64,000 bases of DNA from positions 1,216,001-1,280,000 of the forward strand of contig CAVVPN010000012.1 of the NCBI GenBank assembly GCA_963750165.1. Direction: 5' to 3'. Positions 20,564 through 30,335 of the stretch are shown here, piece by piece; the stretch's first letter is position 1, and every line of letters starts with the position of its first letter. This stretch comes from an uncultured Gemmataceae bacterium. Lineage in GTDB: Bacteria > Planctomycetota > Planctomycetia > Gemmatales > Gemmataceae. Both the position numbers and the translations under genes were made by a program. The notes beneath the pieces were generated by a model that made no database searches, was not told the DNA's origin, and worked only from the letters and a program-made list of their open reading frames with translations.

Positions 20564-20580
20564 GATGGTGCTCCGTGTAA

Positions 20581-20632
20581 GTCCGAGCCCGAGCGCCAGC
20601 GCGGGGCCCCGCGCTGGCGCTCGGGCTCGGAC
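20581..20632. repeat. REP-like palindrome family A, copy 2 (perfect 52-bp palindrome)
   Basis: GTCCGAGCCCGAGCGCCAGCGCGGGG|CCCCGCGCTGGCGCTCGGGCTCGGAC. Confidence 0.9.
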
Positions 20633-20637
20633 CAGCA

Positions 20638-21852
20638 TCAGCGCTCCGCGACCCCCTCGGCCTCCATCACCGGGAAGGTCTCGGAGGAGGCGTCCTTCAA
20701 CGCCGCCACGATCTCGTCAATGGCGTAGTGCGCGGAGTCGCCGATGCCCTTCTGGTAGATCGGCGGATACACATCCTGCCGGCAGGCCAGGAAGTGCTCG
20801 ACGATCTCAGGGTCCCACTGCGTGCCGGCGCCCTCGAAGAGGATGGCGTCGATCTGCGGCGGCGACAGCGGGCCGCGGTAGCGACGGGCGGACATCATGG
20901 CGTCGCAGCCATCGGCCACCGCCAGCACGCGCGCGATCAGCGGGATCTGCTCGCCGGCAAGACCATCGGGATAGCCCTGGCCGTCGTAACGCTCATGGTG
21001 GCTGCGCACGCCCGGCCGCAGCCGCGCGAATGGCTTGATCGCCGCCACAATCTGGTCGCCGATGACGACGTGCTCGCGGACGTGGGCCGTCTCCTCCGGC
21101 GTCAGCCGGGCCGGCTTGAGCAGCACCTCGTCGCGGACGCCGACCTTGCCCACGTCGTGCAGCAGCCCGGCCAGGTGCAGGTCCGACAGCGTCGGGCCGG
21201 GCAGGCCCATCTGCTTGCCCAGACGCACGGCGATGCGGGCGACGCGCTCGCTGTGGCCGGCGGTGCAGCTGTCCTTGGCGTCGATGACCACGGTCAGGCA
21301 GCGGACCAGGCCGAGCAGCGATTCCTTGAGCTGGCCGAAGGCGCGCGTGTGCCGGGTCTGCTTGATGAGCATGGCGCCGGCCAGGCCGAGCAGGCGCAGC
21401 TCGGCATTGCCGAGTTCGTGGTCGCAGTTCAGGCTCAGCGCGACGATCCAGCCGTGACGGCGCGGGTGTGGCCGGACGGCGGCGGCACTGTAGGGCGTGC
21501 CGGCGGGCCGGTCGCTGTGGCCGGGTGGCCGCTGCCAGAGGAAGGCAGTGCTACCGCCGACCTGGTGGCGGACCACGAGCCGGTGGGCGACGCCGCGGAA
21601 GGCGTCCGGCGACAGGCCGTCGGCCTCGGCGGTGTGCAGCGTGTCGCCGTTGGCCTCGTTGTGCCAGCAGACCACGTCGGCGCCGGTCGCCTCCTGGACT
21701 GCCTCCAGCGTCTGGCGGATCTGATCGGCCACGCGCGTATAGGCGTCGAGCTGCTGCACCAGGCGGGTGAAGACGGAGTAAGCGGCGGGGTGGGCATGGT
21801 GACCGAGGGCGACCCCTCCGGCCGCCGTCAAAGCGTCGTCGTGGACGGACAT
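20638..21852 (-). CDS. HD-GYP c-di-GMP phosphodiesterase with N-terminal GAF-like region
   Basis: TAGHSERV, GLLHDVGK, HHERYDGQGYPDGL, VADGCDAM. Confidence 0.9.
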   Translation of the reverse strand: MSVHDDALTAAGGVALGHHAHPAAYSVFTRLVQQLDAYTRVADQIRQTLEAVQEATGADVVCWHNEANGDTLHTAEADGLSPDAFRGVAHRLVVRHQVGGSTAFLWQRPPGHSDRPAGTPYSAAAVRPHPRRHGWIVALSLNCDHELGNAELRLLGLAGAMLIKQTRHTRAFGQLKESLLGLVRCLTVVIDAKDSCTAGHSERVARIAVRLGKQMGLPGPTLSDLHLAGLLHDVGKVGVRDEVLLKPARLTPEETAHVREHVVIGDQIVAAIKPFARLRPGVRSHHERYDGQGYPDGLAGEQIPLIARVLAVADGCDAMMSARRYRGPLSPPQIDAILFEGAGTQWDPEIVEHFLACRQDVYPPIYQKGIGDSAHYAIDEIVAALKDASSETFPVMEAEGVAER

Positions 21853-22071
21853 GGCGGTTCCCCCCTGTTCGCGAAGTGGGTCAGCGGCGTGCTCGGAAGG
21901 GGGAACGGCAGCGTTGCTGACAGGCGTCCGTTGCCCGGGCAAGCTTGTCATGCCGAGTCGATGTCGCTGGGAGTTTTCAACCCCTTCAGGATAGCGGACG
22001 GCCTCGGCGGCTGTAAATGGAATTTGCGGCGAAACGAGCTACAATTGCGGTTGGCCGTTGGCCGTACCTCT

Positions 22072-22860
22072 GTGGAGGGAAGAGCCGCGCCGGTTCACGA
22101 CTGGACCCGCGTTGATGCTGGGTTGTTTCACAACTTTCACCATCGCTGGATCAGTGCTCTTTGCGACGCTTTGAACGAAGGCGGCTTGCCTCCCAACTAC
22201 TTCGCCCTTGCGGAGCAACCCATTCGCGGGCCGATACCGGACGTGCTCACATTGAAACTGACTCCGGGCCAGGACGAGGGGGGTTACGGCACGATGGGGT
22301 TGGCAGTGGCCACGGCCCCACCGCGAACCCGCCACGTCAGGCAAACCGATGCGGACCCGTTCCTGAACAAAGCCAACCGGATCGCTGTCCACCACCGCCA
22401 CGGAAACGTCATCGCCGTCATCGAGATCGTGTCCCCCGGCAAAAAGGGCAGTCGCGCCGAGATACGTGCCTTCGCAGAGAAGGCTGCAGACCTGATCGTC
22501 CAGGGCGTTCACTTGCTGGTGATCGACCTCTTGCCGCCAGGGCCCAGGGATCCGCAGGGCATCCACAAGGTCATCTGGGATGAGTTCCTGGAAGAACCCT
22601 TTGAACTGCCGCCCGACAAGCCCCTGACGCTCGCGGACTATTCCGCGGGGATAATCAAGACCGCCTACGTGGAACCCGTCGGCGTGGGTGATCGGTTGCC
22701 CGACATGCCGTTGTTCTTGCAGCCGGAGGTCTACGTGCCGGTGCCACTGGAAGCGACCTATCAAGCATCCTGGAAGGCATTCCCCAACGCCCTGAAAGGG
22801 TTGCTGGAGTCGCCCACCCCGCCGCCGTCCACGGGGCAAAACGGCCCCGGCGGCCAGTGA
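22072..22860 (+). CDS. DUF4058 family protein (start uncertain)
   Basis: PVHDWTRVDAGLFHNFH, VIEIVSPG, GVHLLVIDL, LPDMPLFL..VPLEATY. Confidence 0.8.
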   Translation: MEGRAAPVHDWTRVDAGLFHNFHHRWISALCDALNEGGLPPNYFALAEQPIRGPIPDVLTLKLTPGQDEGGYGTMGLAVATAPPRTRHVRQTDADPFLNKANRIAVHHRHGNVIAVIEIVSPGKKGSRAEIRAFAEKAADLIVQGVHLLVIDLLPPGPRDPQGIHKVIWDEFLEEPFELPPDKPLTLADYSAGIIKTAYVEPVGVGDRLPDMPLFLQPEVYVPVPLEATYQASWKAFPNALKGLLESPTPPPSTGQNGPGGQ

Positions 22861-22880
22861 CATCAATCGGTCACTACCGC

Positions 22881-24842
22881 TCACGCCGACCGGCCCACGC
22901 AAATCCTCTCGAAATGCTTCACCGTGGCGAACGGTTGCGCCAGCGCCTCGATCGGTTCGCCGAGCTGCTGAATCTCCTGCGTCCGCAGCAGCCCCAGTCG
23001 CTTCATCTGGCCCAGCGCCAAATACGCCACCTTCTCCGGGTCCAGCTGCATAAGCCGGCAACACGTCGCATCCACGGCCACCAGGTCGTTGCCCATGACC
23101 AGCACGCCCATCGACTTCGCGGTGCCGTTCAGCGGGCCGTCGCCCTCCATGCCAACGATGCCGTCCACGATGGCCAGGTCCGGCGTCCGCGTCAGGGCGA
23201 TGTCGATGATGCTGTTGTCGATGCCGCGCCAGTGCAGTTCGTTCTTCGGCCAGCCGTAGCAAATGCCCGGCAGCGTGCCGAACAGGTTCTTCAGCGACAG
23301 CGTCGCGCCCGCCCAGTGGTGCGTCTTCAACTTCGGCAGCGAAATGAACACCTCCGCCGACACGACCGTCTTCGCCAGGTACAGGTGCTCCATCCCCGTC
23401 AGGCGGCCCAGGTTCAACGCCTTGACCGGCTCGTCGTGGTTGAGATCGACGAACGGCACGTTGTAGTGCTTGAGCACGTCGCCCAGGCCGCTGGCCGCGA
23501 CCAGGTATTCGACGTTGCGCCAGTGGCCGGGGCCCTCGGCGACGATGACCTCGGCGGCCCCCTCGCGCCGGCACAGCTCGATCACCGCGGCGACGACTTT
23601 TGGGTTGGTGTTGATGACCTTGTCGCGGTGGTACTCGACCAGGTTCGGCTTGAGCACCACGCGCTTGCCGGCCAGCGGCACCTTGTCGCGGAAGTGCTGG
23701 TACTGTGTCGCCAGCACGCCGGCGAGGTCGGCGTCATAGTCGGCAGCGCGGGCGATGTGAACCTGTGTCTGCGGCGGCAGCGGCTTCATCTGCGCGACCG
23801 CCTTCAGCGCCAGGCCGCGCCACCACGAGCCGAGCCGCGCGCCGAGCGACGGGCGCTTGCCGGCGGCCGGCCCGGCGTTGATCGGCTCCGCGGCGGTCAC
23901 ACCGGCCGGCAGCCGAAAGACGTTGTGCCTGCTCGCGCCCAGGGCCAGGGCCATAAGCGCCTGCCGCAGCGGCGCGGGCCGCACCCAGTTGGTGCCGGCG
24001 CGCTCGGTGTGGGCAGCGCGGATGCGCTCGTCCAGCCGCGGCAGACACTCCGCGACGCCCGGTTGTTCGCGGTGCGCCTCCAGCGCCAGCTTCGCCCAGC
24101 ACAGGTGTTCGAGGTCGTCCGTGGCATTGCTCATGAGATACTGCACCGCGGCGGCGACGCGCCCCGCCGTGGCGGGGTCGGGAGACCCCGCCACAACAGG
24201 GGAGCCCTGCGTGGCCAGCAGCAGCAGGGCGGTCGGGCCGGGGATGGGCTCGGTGCGCCTGCCGAGGATGAGACGGTTGCCGTAATTGATACCGCCGTCG
24301 TCGAAGGCGCGGTCGAGGAGCATTTGCAGCCCCTCCTGCACGCGCGGGTGCTGACCCTGACCGACGTGCCGCAGCGCCAGCACCGCCCACGCGGTCGGCT
24401 CCGCCCAGGAGAAGTTGCCCTCGGCCCACGGCCAGCCGACCAGCTTCAGATTAATGTCCTGCACCTCGTCCTTCTCGGCGTTCTCCGGCACACGGCCACG
24501 CAGCGCCAGCAGCCGGGCCGCCGTCCGCCGCACTTCCGCGCCGGCCGCGCCCAGCACGCTCTGCACGAACAGCACCAACGCGGTCGGCCACACGGCTTCC
24601 TCACGGCCGTTGCCCAGGCGGTAACTGCCGTCCGGCTGGGCGCAGCGCGCCAGCGCCTGCTTGCCGCGGTCGATGGCGGCGGCGCAGCGCTCCGGCTGCT
24701 GCGCCAGCGCCAGCAGGGCCAGGCAGGTCGGTTCCAGGCTGGCGGGCTGGCCGGGCGCGTAGCCCCAACCGCCTTCAGGGTGTGCCTGACTGACCAGGGT
24801 GTCCAGATAGGGAAGCAGTTCGTCCACGGGGAGTCTCGCCAA
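22881..24842 (-). CDS. Fusion of prenyltransferase/terpene-cyclase-like repeat domain and DUF362 domain
   Basis: N-part: EGGWGY, GWPW, DGGINYGN; C-part: VVLKPNLV, ISLPKLKTHHWAGATLSLKN, DGIVGMEGDGP, VAVD. Confidence 0.85.
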   Translation of the reverse strand: MARLPVDELLPYLDTLVSQAHPEGGWGYAPGQPASLEPTCLALLALAQQPERCAAAIDRGKQALARCAQPDGSYRLGNGREEAVWPTALVLFVQSVLGAAGAEVRRTAARLLALRGRVPENAEKDEVQDINLKLVGWPWAEGNFSWAEPTAWAVLALRHVGQGQHPRVQEGLQMLLDRAFDDGGINYGNRLILGRRTEPIPGPTALLLLATQGSPVVAGSPDPATAGRVAAAVQYLMSNATDDLEHLCWAKLALEAHREQPGVAECLPRLDERIRAAHTERAGTNWVRPAPLRQALMALALGASRHNVFRLPAGVTAAEPINAGPAAGKRPSLGARLGSWWRGLALKAVAQMKPLPPQTQVHIARAADYDADLAGVLATQYQHFRDKVPLAGKRVVLKPNLVEYHRDKVINTNPKVVAAVIELCRREGAAEVIVAEGPGHWRNVEYLVAASGLGDVLKHYNVPFVDLNHDEPVKALNLGRLTGMEHLYLAKTVVSAEVFISLPKLKTHHWAGATLSLKNLFGTLPGICYGWPKNELHWRGIDNSIIDIALTRTPDLAIVDGIVGMEGDGPLNGTAKSMGVLVMGNDLVAVDATCCRLMQLDPEKVAYLALGQMKRLGLLRTQEIQQLGEPIEALAQPFATVKHFERICVGRSA

Positions 24843-24870
24843 AGGTTAGAGGTCGGGTCGCGCGCTGCTG

Positions 24871-24928
24871 CGTGGGGCAGACATTCCTGTCTGCCGAAGC
24901 GCTGGCAGACAGGAATGTCTGCCCCACG
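24871..24928. repeat. REP-like palindrome family B (GTGGGGCAGACATTCCTGTCTGCC), copy 1
   Basis: Inverted repeat; second copy at 46127-46185. Confidence 0.88.
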
Positions 24929-25085
24929 TGAGGAGCGCGAAACGTAAACGGAACAGCAGACGGTTTCGGTCCCCCCAAGTCTAGCTCACGCCTGACCACC
25001 GCCGCGGACGGTTCCTGTTTCCTGGGGCCAATTTCAATATAGTCTGCCGCGTACACCATGTATCTCCAGCGAGGGCAGCAGTTCC

Positions 25086-28000
25086 ATGGCTCACGTCGTT
25101 TGTCAAGTGCTGGTGCGGCCGGAGCGCCTGACCGTGTTGTGGTCGGCGGGTTCGGCGTCCTTCGAGCCCTATCCCAAAACCGGCGCCGCCCGCACGCGCT
25201 TCCTCGACCTGGCTCGACAGGCGCGCGGCCGGCTGCGCGACCTGGCCGCGGCCGCCACGCCCGCCGACGTCAGCCGGGCCGGCTTCGCCCTTGCCCAGAC
25301 CGGCCACGCCCTCTTCCGCGAACTGTTCGAGGCCGACGCCGGCTATGAGAGCCAGGCCGGCGAAATCCGCGACTGGTTCACCGGCCTGGGGCGCGACGGC
25401 GTCGAGTCGCTGGAACTGCTCGCTGACGAGCCGGGCCTGGTGCCCTGGAACGCCCTCTACGAACAGCCGCCCGACGAGGCCCTGTTCCACGCCAGCAGCG
25501 GCGACGCCTGGCAGCACTTCTGGGGCGTCCGCTATGCCCTGCACGGCGGCCATCGCGTCAGTCCGCTGCGCCAGCTCAACGTGTTCGCCAAGCCGACCCT
25601 CCAGTTCATCCTCGACCCGCAGTTGCGCGAACGACTGCCCGCGGAGGACAAGAAGCGTCTGACCGACTTCCTCGGCGACCACCCCGCCCCGGTGGCGCCG
25701 CACCGCGACCAGGTGGCGGCGGACACCCGCGAGGCGCCGCCCGATGTGGTGTTCTGCCTGTGCCACACCGCCGGCGACGCCCTGTTACTGGGCAGCGATC
25801 GGCTGACGCCCGAGGAACTGCTCGATCTGCTGCAAATCGGCGGCCCCACCGGCGGTACGCTGGTCGTCGCCTGCCTGTGCCCTGAGGAGGGCGCCGACAC
25901 CGACGTCGTGGCCGGACGCCTGGCGGCCGCGCCGCTGGGCGGCCTGGTGGTGATCGAGACGGTCGCCGGCCGCTCCGGCGTGCGCCTGGCGTTGCAACTG
26001 CTGGAGCGCTTCCTGGACCGCAAGCAGCCCCTCGGCGCCGCACTGCACGAGCTGCGCCGCGCCGAGCCGGAGGTGGGTCTGCTGATCGCCGGCCTGGCCC
26101 CGGGCGGGTTGCGCGTCGAGGGCGCCGACGAAACCCGTTCCGAGGCCATCAAGTCCGCGGAAGCCGGCCCGGCGGCGGCACCGGTCGAGGGCGGCGCGGC
26201 GAACGATGACGTGCCGTTGCCGGACCAGCCCTACCGGCCGCTGCGACCCTACGAGGCCGCGGACCAGGCGCTGTTCATCGGCCGTGAGGACGACCTGCAG
26301 CGCGTGGCCCTGACGCTCGACCGCGCCGACACGCGGCTGCTGGTGCTGCACGGCGCGCCCGCGGTCGGCAAGTCGTCACTGCTGCGTGCCGGGCTGCTGC
26401 CGTACCTGGATGCGGACTGTGTCGGCTACCGCGTGCTGAGCGACCGCACCGAGGCGGACGAGGATGAGGACGGCGTGCCGGTGACCGTCCGGGCCACGTG
26501 GGATCTGACCGGCCAGCTGGCGGCGGCGCTGGCGGCGTTCTGCGCCCGGCCCTACCGCTACGAGACGCCGACGGGCCGCACGGTGACGGTTGATTTCGCC
26601 GAGGAGCTGACGCCGCTGGTGGGCGGCGCGTTCCGCGACGGCGCCCTCAACGCCGGGCTGCTGGGGGAAATCCTGGCCAGCGAGCCGCAGTTGCTGGGCC
26701 AGGTACTGGCGGCGCTGACGGAACGGCTGCCGTTCGAGCTGGTGATCGTCGTCGAGCAGGGCGAGGAACTGTTCACCCTGGCGGAGGGCCATCCGGCAGC
26801 ACGGCCCGACGCAACGCTGGCGATGCTCGCCCGGACGGCCCGGTCGGCGGCAGCCGTCAAGCTGATCGTGGCGCTGCGGACGGAGTTTCACGGCCGCTTG
26901 CTGCACGGGCTGCGGCCGTTCGCCGGGCAGCCCTGGCTGGCCGAGTATCTGCTGGCCCCGCTGGGTCGGGAAGCCCTGCTCGACGCGCTGCTGCTGCCGA
27001 CCGTGGACGAACCGCTGCCCGGCTGCACGGAGGTGCCGTACCGCAAGTACGGCTTCGCGTTCGAGGAGGGGCTGGCCCGGCAGGTTATCGATGAGGCCCT
27101 GGGGGCGGCCGCCGCCCGGCCGGTCAGCGCCGCGGCACTGGTGCAGGTGGTCGGAATGCGGCTGGTGGAACGGATCGCCAACCGCGAGGAGCGGGTGATC
27201 CGCGCCGCCGACCTGCGGGCGGTCGGCGGTGTCCCGGAGGCGGCGGCGCGGTGGCTGCGCGACCGTTTGCGACAGTTGCCGCAGGCGATGGGCGACAGTC
27301 GCGCTCTGAAAGGATTGTTGAGCCAGCTGGTCCGCCGCCTGCCGGACGGCAGCGTGGTGCGGACGCTGCGACCGCTGACGGAGTTGCAAAAGGACTGGCG
27401 CGGCGGCACGCCGCTGGAGACCCTGGCGGCCGCCGCGGCGACGCCGGAGGTCGGCCTGCTGGAGGTGCAGACGTTGACCGTCGGCAACCAGCAGGGCGTG
27501 TACCTCAGCCTGGCCAGCGACGCTCTGGCGCTGGCGGTCGCCCAGGAAGCGCTGGAGCAGGAAAAACGCGAATACGGCACGACGCGCATGTCGGACGCGC
27601 TGTGGATCACCATCCCGCTGCTGATCCTGCTGGCAACGGCGTCCTTTGCGTTGCTCTACAAGCCCCTGCGCGTGCTGCAGGACGCCCTGGAGAAGCAGAC
27701 AGAAAAGCTGGAAGAACTCGGTCCCACCAACCAGGCGTTGCAAGCCGAGGTCAGTGCGACAGCGTTTCCGACCTACGTCGCCCAGATCCAGCTGGCGCAG
27801 CAGGCCCTGGACGGCGGCGATGCCGTGAAGTTGCGCCAGTACCTGCTGCGCTGCCGGGGGCCGCAAATCTATTACCCCGACGAAAAGGGCCCGCGCGACG
27901 CCCGCGGTTTCGACTGGTACTACCTGTGGCAGCAGGCCAACGGCGAGAACAAGAACCTGCTCGGCCACCGCGGCACGGTCAACGACGTGACGGTCAGCGC

Positions 28001-29954
28001 TGACGGCAAGGTCGCCGTGTCCTGCGGCCTGGAGGATCGCACGGTGCGTCTGTGGGACCTGACCACGGGTCTGGAGCGCGTCCGCTTCATCGGCCACGGC
28101 GGCATGGTCTTCCCGGTCGCGCTGTCGCCCGACGGCAAGCAGATCGCCTCGGGTGAAACGGACGGGACGATTCTGCTCTGGGACGTGCCCACCACGGAGA
28201 AGTTCACCGAGGTGACGAAGCCGGCCGCCACGCTCAAGGGTTACAAGAGCGCGGTCATGGCCCTGGCCTATTCCCCGAACGGCAAGACGCTGGTGTCCGC
28301 CAGCCTCAGCGATGCCGTCAAGGTGTGGGACCCCGTCAAGCACGAAGAGAAGCAGACGCTGGCGGAGCACAAGGAGGGGGCGACGGCGCTGGCGTTCGCG
28401 CCGGACGGCAAGACGCTGGCCACCTCATCCGGCCCGAAATCGTTCCTGTGGGGCGTGACCGACGGCAAGGTGAGCGACAAGCCCGCGACCACCCTGAAGC
28501 ACCCCGGCGCCGTGGGCGTGCTGGTGTACGCGCCGGACGGCAAGACGCTGGCCGCGGGCGTGGTGGAAACGCGGGACGGCACGCGGCGCGAACTGGTGTG
28601 CCTGTGGGACGCGGCTGGCAAGGAGCGGGAACCGCTGACGGGGGCCCTGCCGCTCGAAGCCGACCTGGCGTTCGTCAACGACGGCAAGCTGCTGGCGGTG
28701 GGCGGCCAGAACCAGGTGATTCTACTGCTGGACCCGGCGAACGGCCAGGAGCGCGGCCGGCAGCGTGGCCATCTCGGCTGGGTGCGCTGCCTGGCGGCGT
28801 CGAAGGACGGCAAGACGCTGGTCTCGGGCAGCTTCGACAAGACGTTGAAGGTCTGGGATCCGACGCCCTCTGCCGAGCGCGATGTGCTGCGGCCGCACGG
28901 TGGCAAGGAGGTGTACGCCGTGGCGTTCCGTCCGGACGACCTCACCGACAAGGACGACAAGAAAACGCACGCCGAGCAGTACCTGGCGACAGCCGGGGCG
29001 GACGGCACGGTGAAGCTGATCGCGGTGACGACAGGCAAGGAAGTGGCGACGCTGAGCGGGCACAAGGGGGGCGTGTTATGCCTGGGGTTTTCGCAGAAAG
29101 GCAAGCGGTTGGTCACGGGCGGGGCGGATGGCACCGTCCGCGTCTGGAACACGGCAGACCCAAAGGCCAAGGAGTTCGGCAAGGAGCTGTTCAAGCTGAC
29201 CGGCTTCACGAAGGAGGTGCTGTGTCTGGCCGGGACGCCGAGCGGCAAGTATCTGGCCGCGGGCGGCATGGACAGCGCGGTGCGCGTCTGGAAGTTTGAC
29301 GACCTGGAAAAGGCGGAGAAGGCGTCCGACCCCTACCTGGTGTTGCAGGAGAACGCGAAGGAAAAAAAGGAGCCGCGGCTGCCGCCGCCCAAAGGGCCGG
29401 TGCGCGGCCTGGTGCTGCTGGAAGGCGAGGGCTTCGTGTTCTTGATCGGCGGCGGTGACGACGGCGTGGTGCAGGCGTGGGAATTGCTGAAGCGGGTGGC
29501 GGTGGGCCAGCCGTTTTCGCCCGGCAGCGCCGTGCGGGCGCTGGCCCAGTCGCCGCATACGCCGACGGTGTGGGTGGCCGGGGCCGACCGGGTGCTCCGC
29601 TCGCAGAGCCTGACGACGGCCCGGGTCAGGACGGAGAAGGATCACGAGGTCATCGTCGTGGTCTGGGACGAAAGCCGGCAGCAGTTGCGCGGCCAGGGCA
29701 GTCCGGCGCTGTCGTTGGCGTTCACTCCGGGAACGAGCCGTACCCTGGCTGCGGGCGGCCGGGACGGCACCATCAAGTTGTGGGACCCGGCCCAGGATTC
29801 GGAGCGGCTGACGCTGCGCGGCCACACAGGGCCGGTGGTGGGCCTGGCGTTCAGCGACGACCGGCGGCTGCTGGCCTCCGCCAGCCACGACGGCAGCGTG
29901 CGGCTGTGGCGGGCCGCGGCGTCCCGGCCGGTCGGGATGATGGGGCATCCGTAA
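25086..29954 (+). CDS. CHAT-like domain + STAND (nSTAND1-type) NTPase + TM helix + WD40 propellers
   Basis: LVPWNALY..FWG, PYRPLRPY..FIGRE, GAPAVGKSSLLRAGL, EQGEELFT, LRTEF, hydrophobic helix, RGFDWYYL, more than ten GH..WD repeats. Confidence 0.85.
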   Translation: MAHVVCQVLVRPERLTVLWSAGSASFEPYPKTGAARTRFLDLARQARGRLRDLAAAATPADVSRAGFALAQTGHALFRELFEADAGYESQAGEIRDWFTGLGRDGVESLELLADEPGLVPWNALYEQPPDEALFHASSGDAWQHFWGVRYALHGGHRVSPLRQLNVFAKPTLQFILDPQLRERLPAEDKKRLTDFLGDHPAPVAPHRDQVAADTREAPPDVVFCLCHTAGDALLLGSDRLTPEELLDLLQIGGPTGGTLVVACLCPEEGADTDVVAGRLAAAPLGGLVVIETVAGRSGVRLALQLLERFLDRKQPLGAALHELRRAEPEVGLLIAGLAPGGLRVEGADETRSEAIKSAEAGPAAAPVEGGAANDDVPLPDQPYRPLRPYEAADQALFIGREDDLQRVALTLDRADTRLLVLHGAPAVGKSSLLRAGLLPYLDADCVGYRVLSDRTEADEDEDGVPVTVRATWDLTGQLAAALAAFCARPYRYETPTGRTVTVDFAEELTPLVGGAFRDGALNAGLLGEILASEPQLLGQVLAALTERLPFELVIVVEQGEELFTLAEGHPAARPDATLAMLARTARSAAAVKLIVALRTEFHGRLLHGLRPFAGQPWLAEYLLAPLGREALLDALLLPTVDEPLPGCTEVPYRKYGFAFEEGLARQVIDEALGAAAARPVSAAALVQVVGMRLVERIANREERVIRAADLRAVGGVPEAAARWLRDRLRQLPQAMGDSRALKGLLSQLVRRLPDGSVVRTLRPLTELQKDWRGGTPLETLAAAAATPEVGLLEVQTLTVGNQQGVYLSLASDALALAVAQEALEQEKREYGTTRMSDALWITIPLLILLATASFALLYKPLRVLQDALEKQTEKLEELGPTNQALQAEVSATAFPTYVAQIQLAQQALDGGDAVKLRQYLLRCRGPQIYYPDEKGPRDARGFDWYYLWQQANGENKNLLGHRGTVNDVTVSADGKVAVSCGLEDRTVRLWDLTTGLERVRFIGHGGMVFPVALSPDGKQIASGETDGTILLWDVPTTEKFTEVTKPAATLKGYKSAVMALAYSPNGKTLVSASLSDAVKVWDPVKHEEKQTLAEHKEGATALAFAPDGKTLATSSGPKSFLWGVTDGKVSDKPATTLKHPGAVGVLVYAPDGKTLAAGVVETRDGTRRELVCLWDAAGKEREPLTGALPLEADLAFVNDGKLLAVGGQNQVILLLDPANGQERGRQRGHLGWVRCLAASKDGKTLVSGSFDKTLKVWDPTPSAERDVLRPHGGKEVYAVAFRPDDLTDKDDKKTHAEQYLATAGADGTVKLIAVTTGKEVATLSGHKGGVLCLGFSQKGKRLVTGGADGTVRVWNTADPKAKEFGKELFKLTGFTKEVLCLAGTPSGKYLAAGGMDSAVRVWKFDDLEKAEKASDPYLVLQENAKEKKEPRLPPPKGPVRGLVLLEGEGFVFLIGGGDDGVVQAWELLKRVAVGQPFSPGSAVRALAQSPHTPTVWVAGADRVLRSQSLTTARVRTEKDHEVIVVVWDESRQQLRGQGSPALSLAFTPGTSRTLAAGGRDGTIKLWDPAQDSERLTLRGHTGPVVGLAFSDDRRLLASASHDGSVRLWRAAASRPVGMMGHP

Positions 29955-29956
29955 GG

Positions 29957-30238
29957 TTGTCCGTGGTCCTTTGCCGTCTGAGTTGAAGCGCTGGGTGCCT
30001 GTTGTGGCTTGGTCTGCCTGTTATGGCTTGGTCTCCGGACCAAGCCACGGGGCCTGACCGAAGGTCTCCCCGAACGCTTGGGACGCCGAAGAGAAGACCT
30101 TCGGTCGCAGCCGTGGCCCGGTCAGGAGACCGGGCCACAACGGGTGCTTCGGTCGCAGCCGTGGCCCGGTCAGGAGACCGGGCTACAAGGGTGCTGGCGC
30201 TGGAACCCATCCGGCAACGGTCCACGGACCACGGACAA
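29957..30238. repeat. Composite REP-like element with internal tandem duplication
   Basis: Outer TTGTCCGTGGTCC/GGACCACGGACAA; inner GACCGAAGGTCT/AGACCTTCGGTC; CTTCGGTCGCAGCCGTGGCCCGGTCAGGAGACCGGGC repeated at a 48-nt period. Confidence 0.8.
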
Positions 30239-30335
30239 ACGACGACTGCTCTTGCGGCCTGTCCCGCCGTCGGAGTACAGTACGACTCCCTGGCAAGCCA
30301 AGGTGGGCTCGCCGTGCCGTAGTGAGGTCGCAAGG

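Noticed and set aside
30009..30335. N-terminal extension of Shc with repeated LRSQPWPGQETG
   Set aside because: Translation of the REP-like tandem repeat; the likely start is ATG 30336
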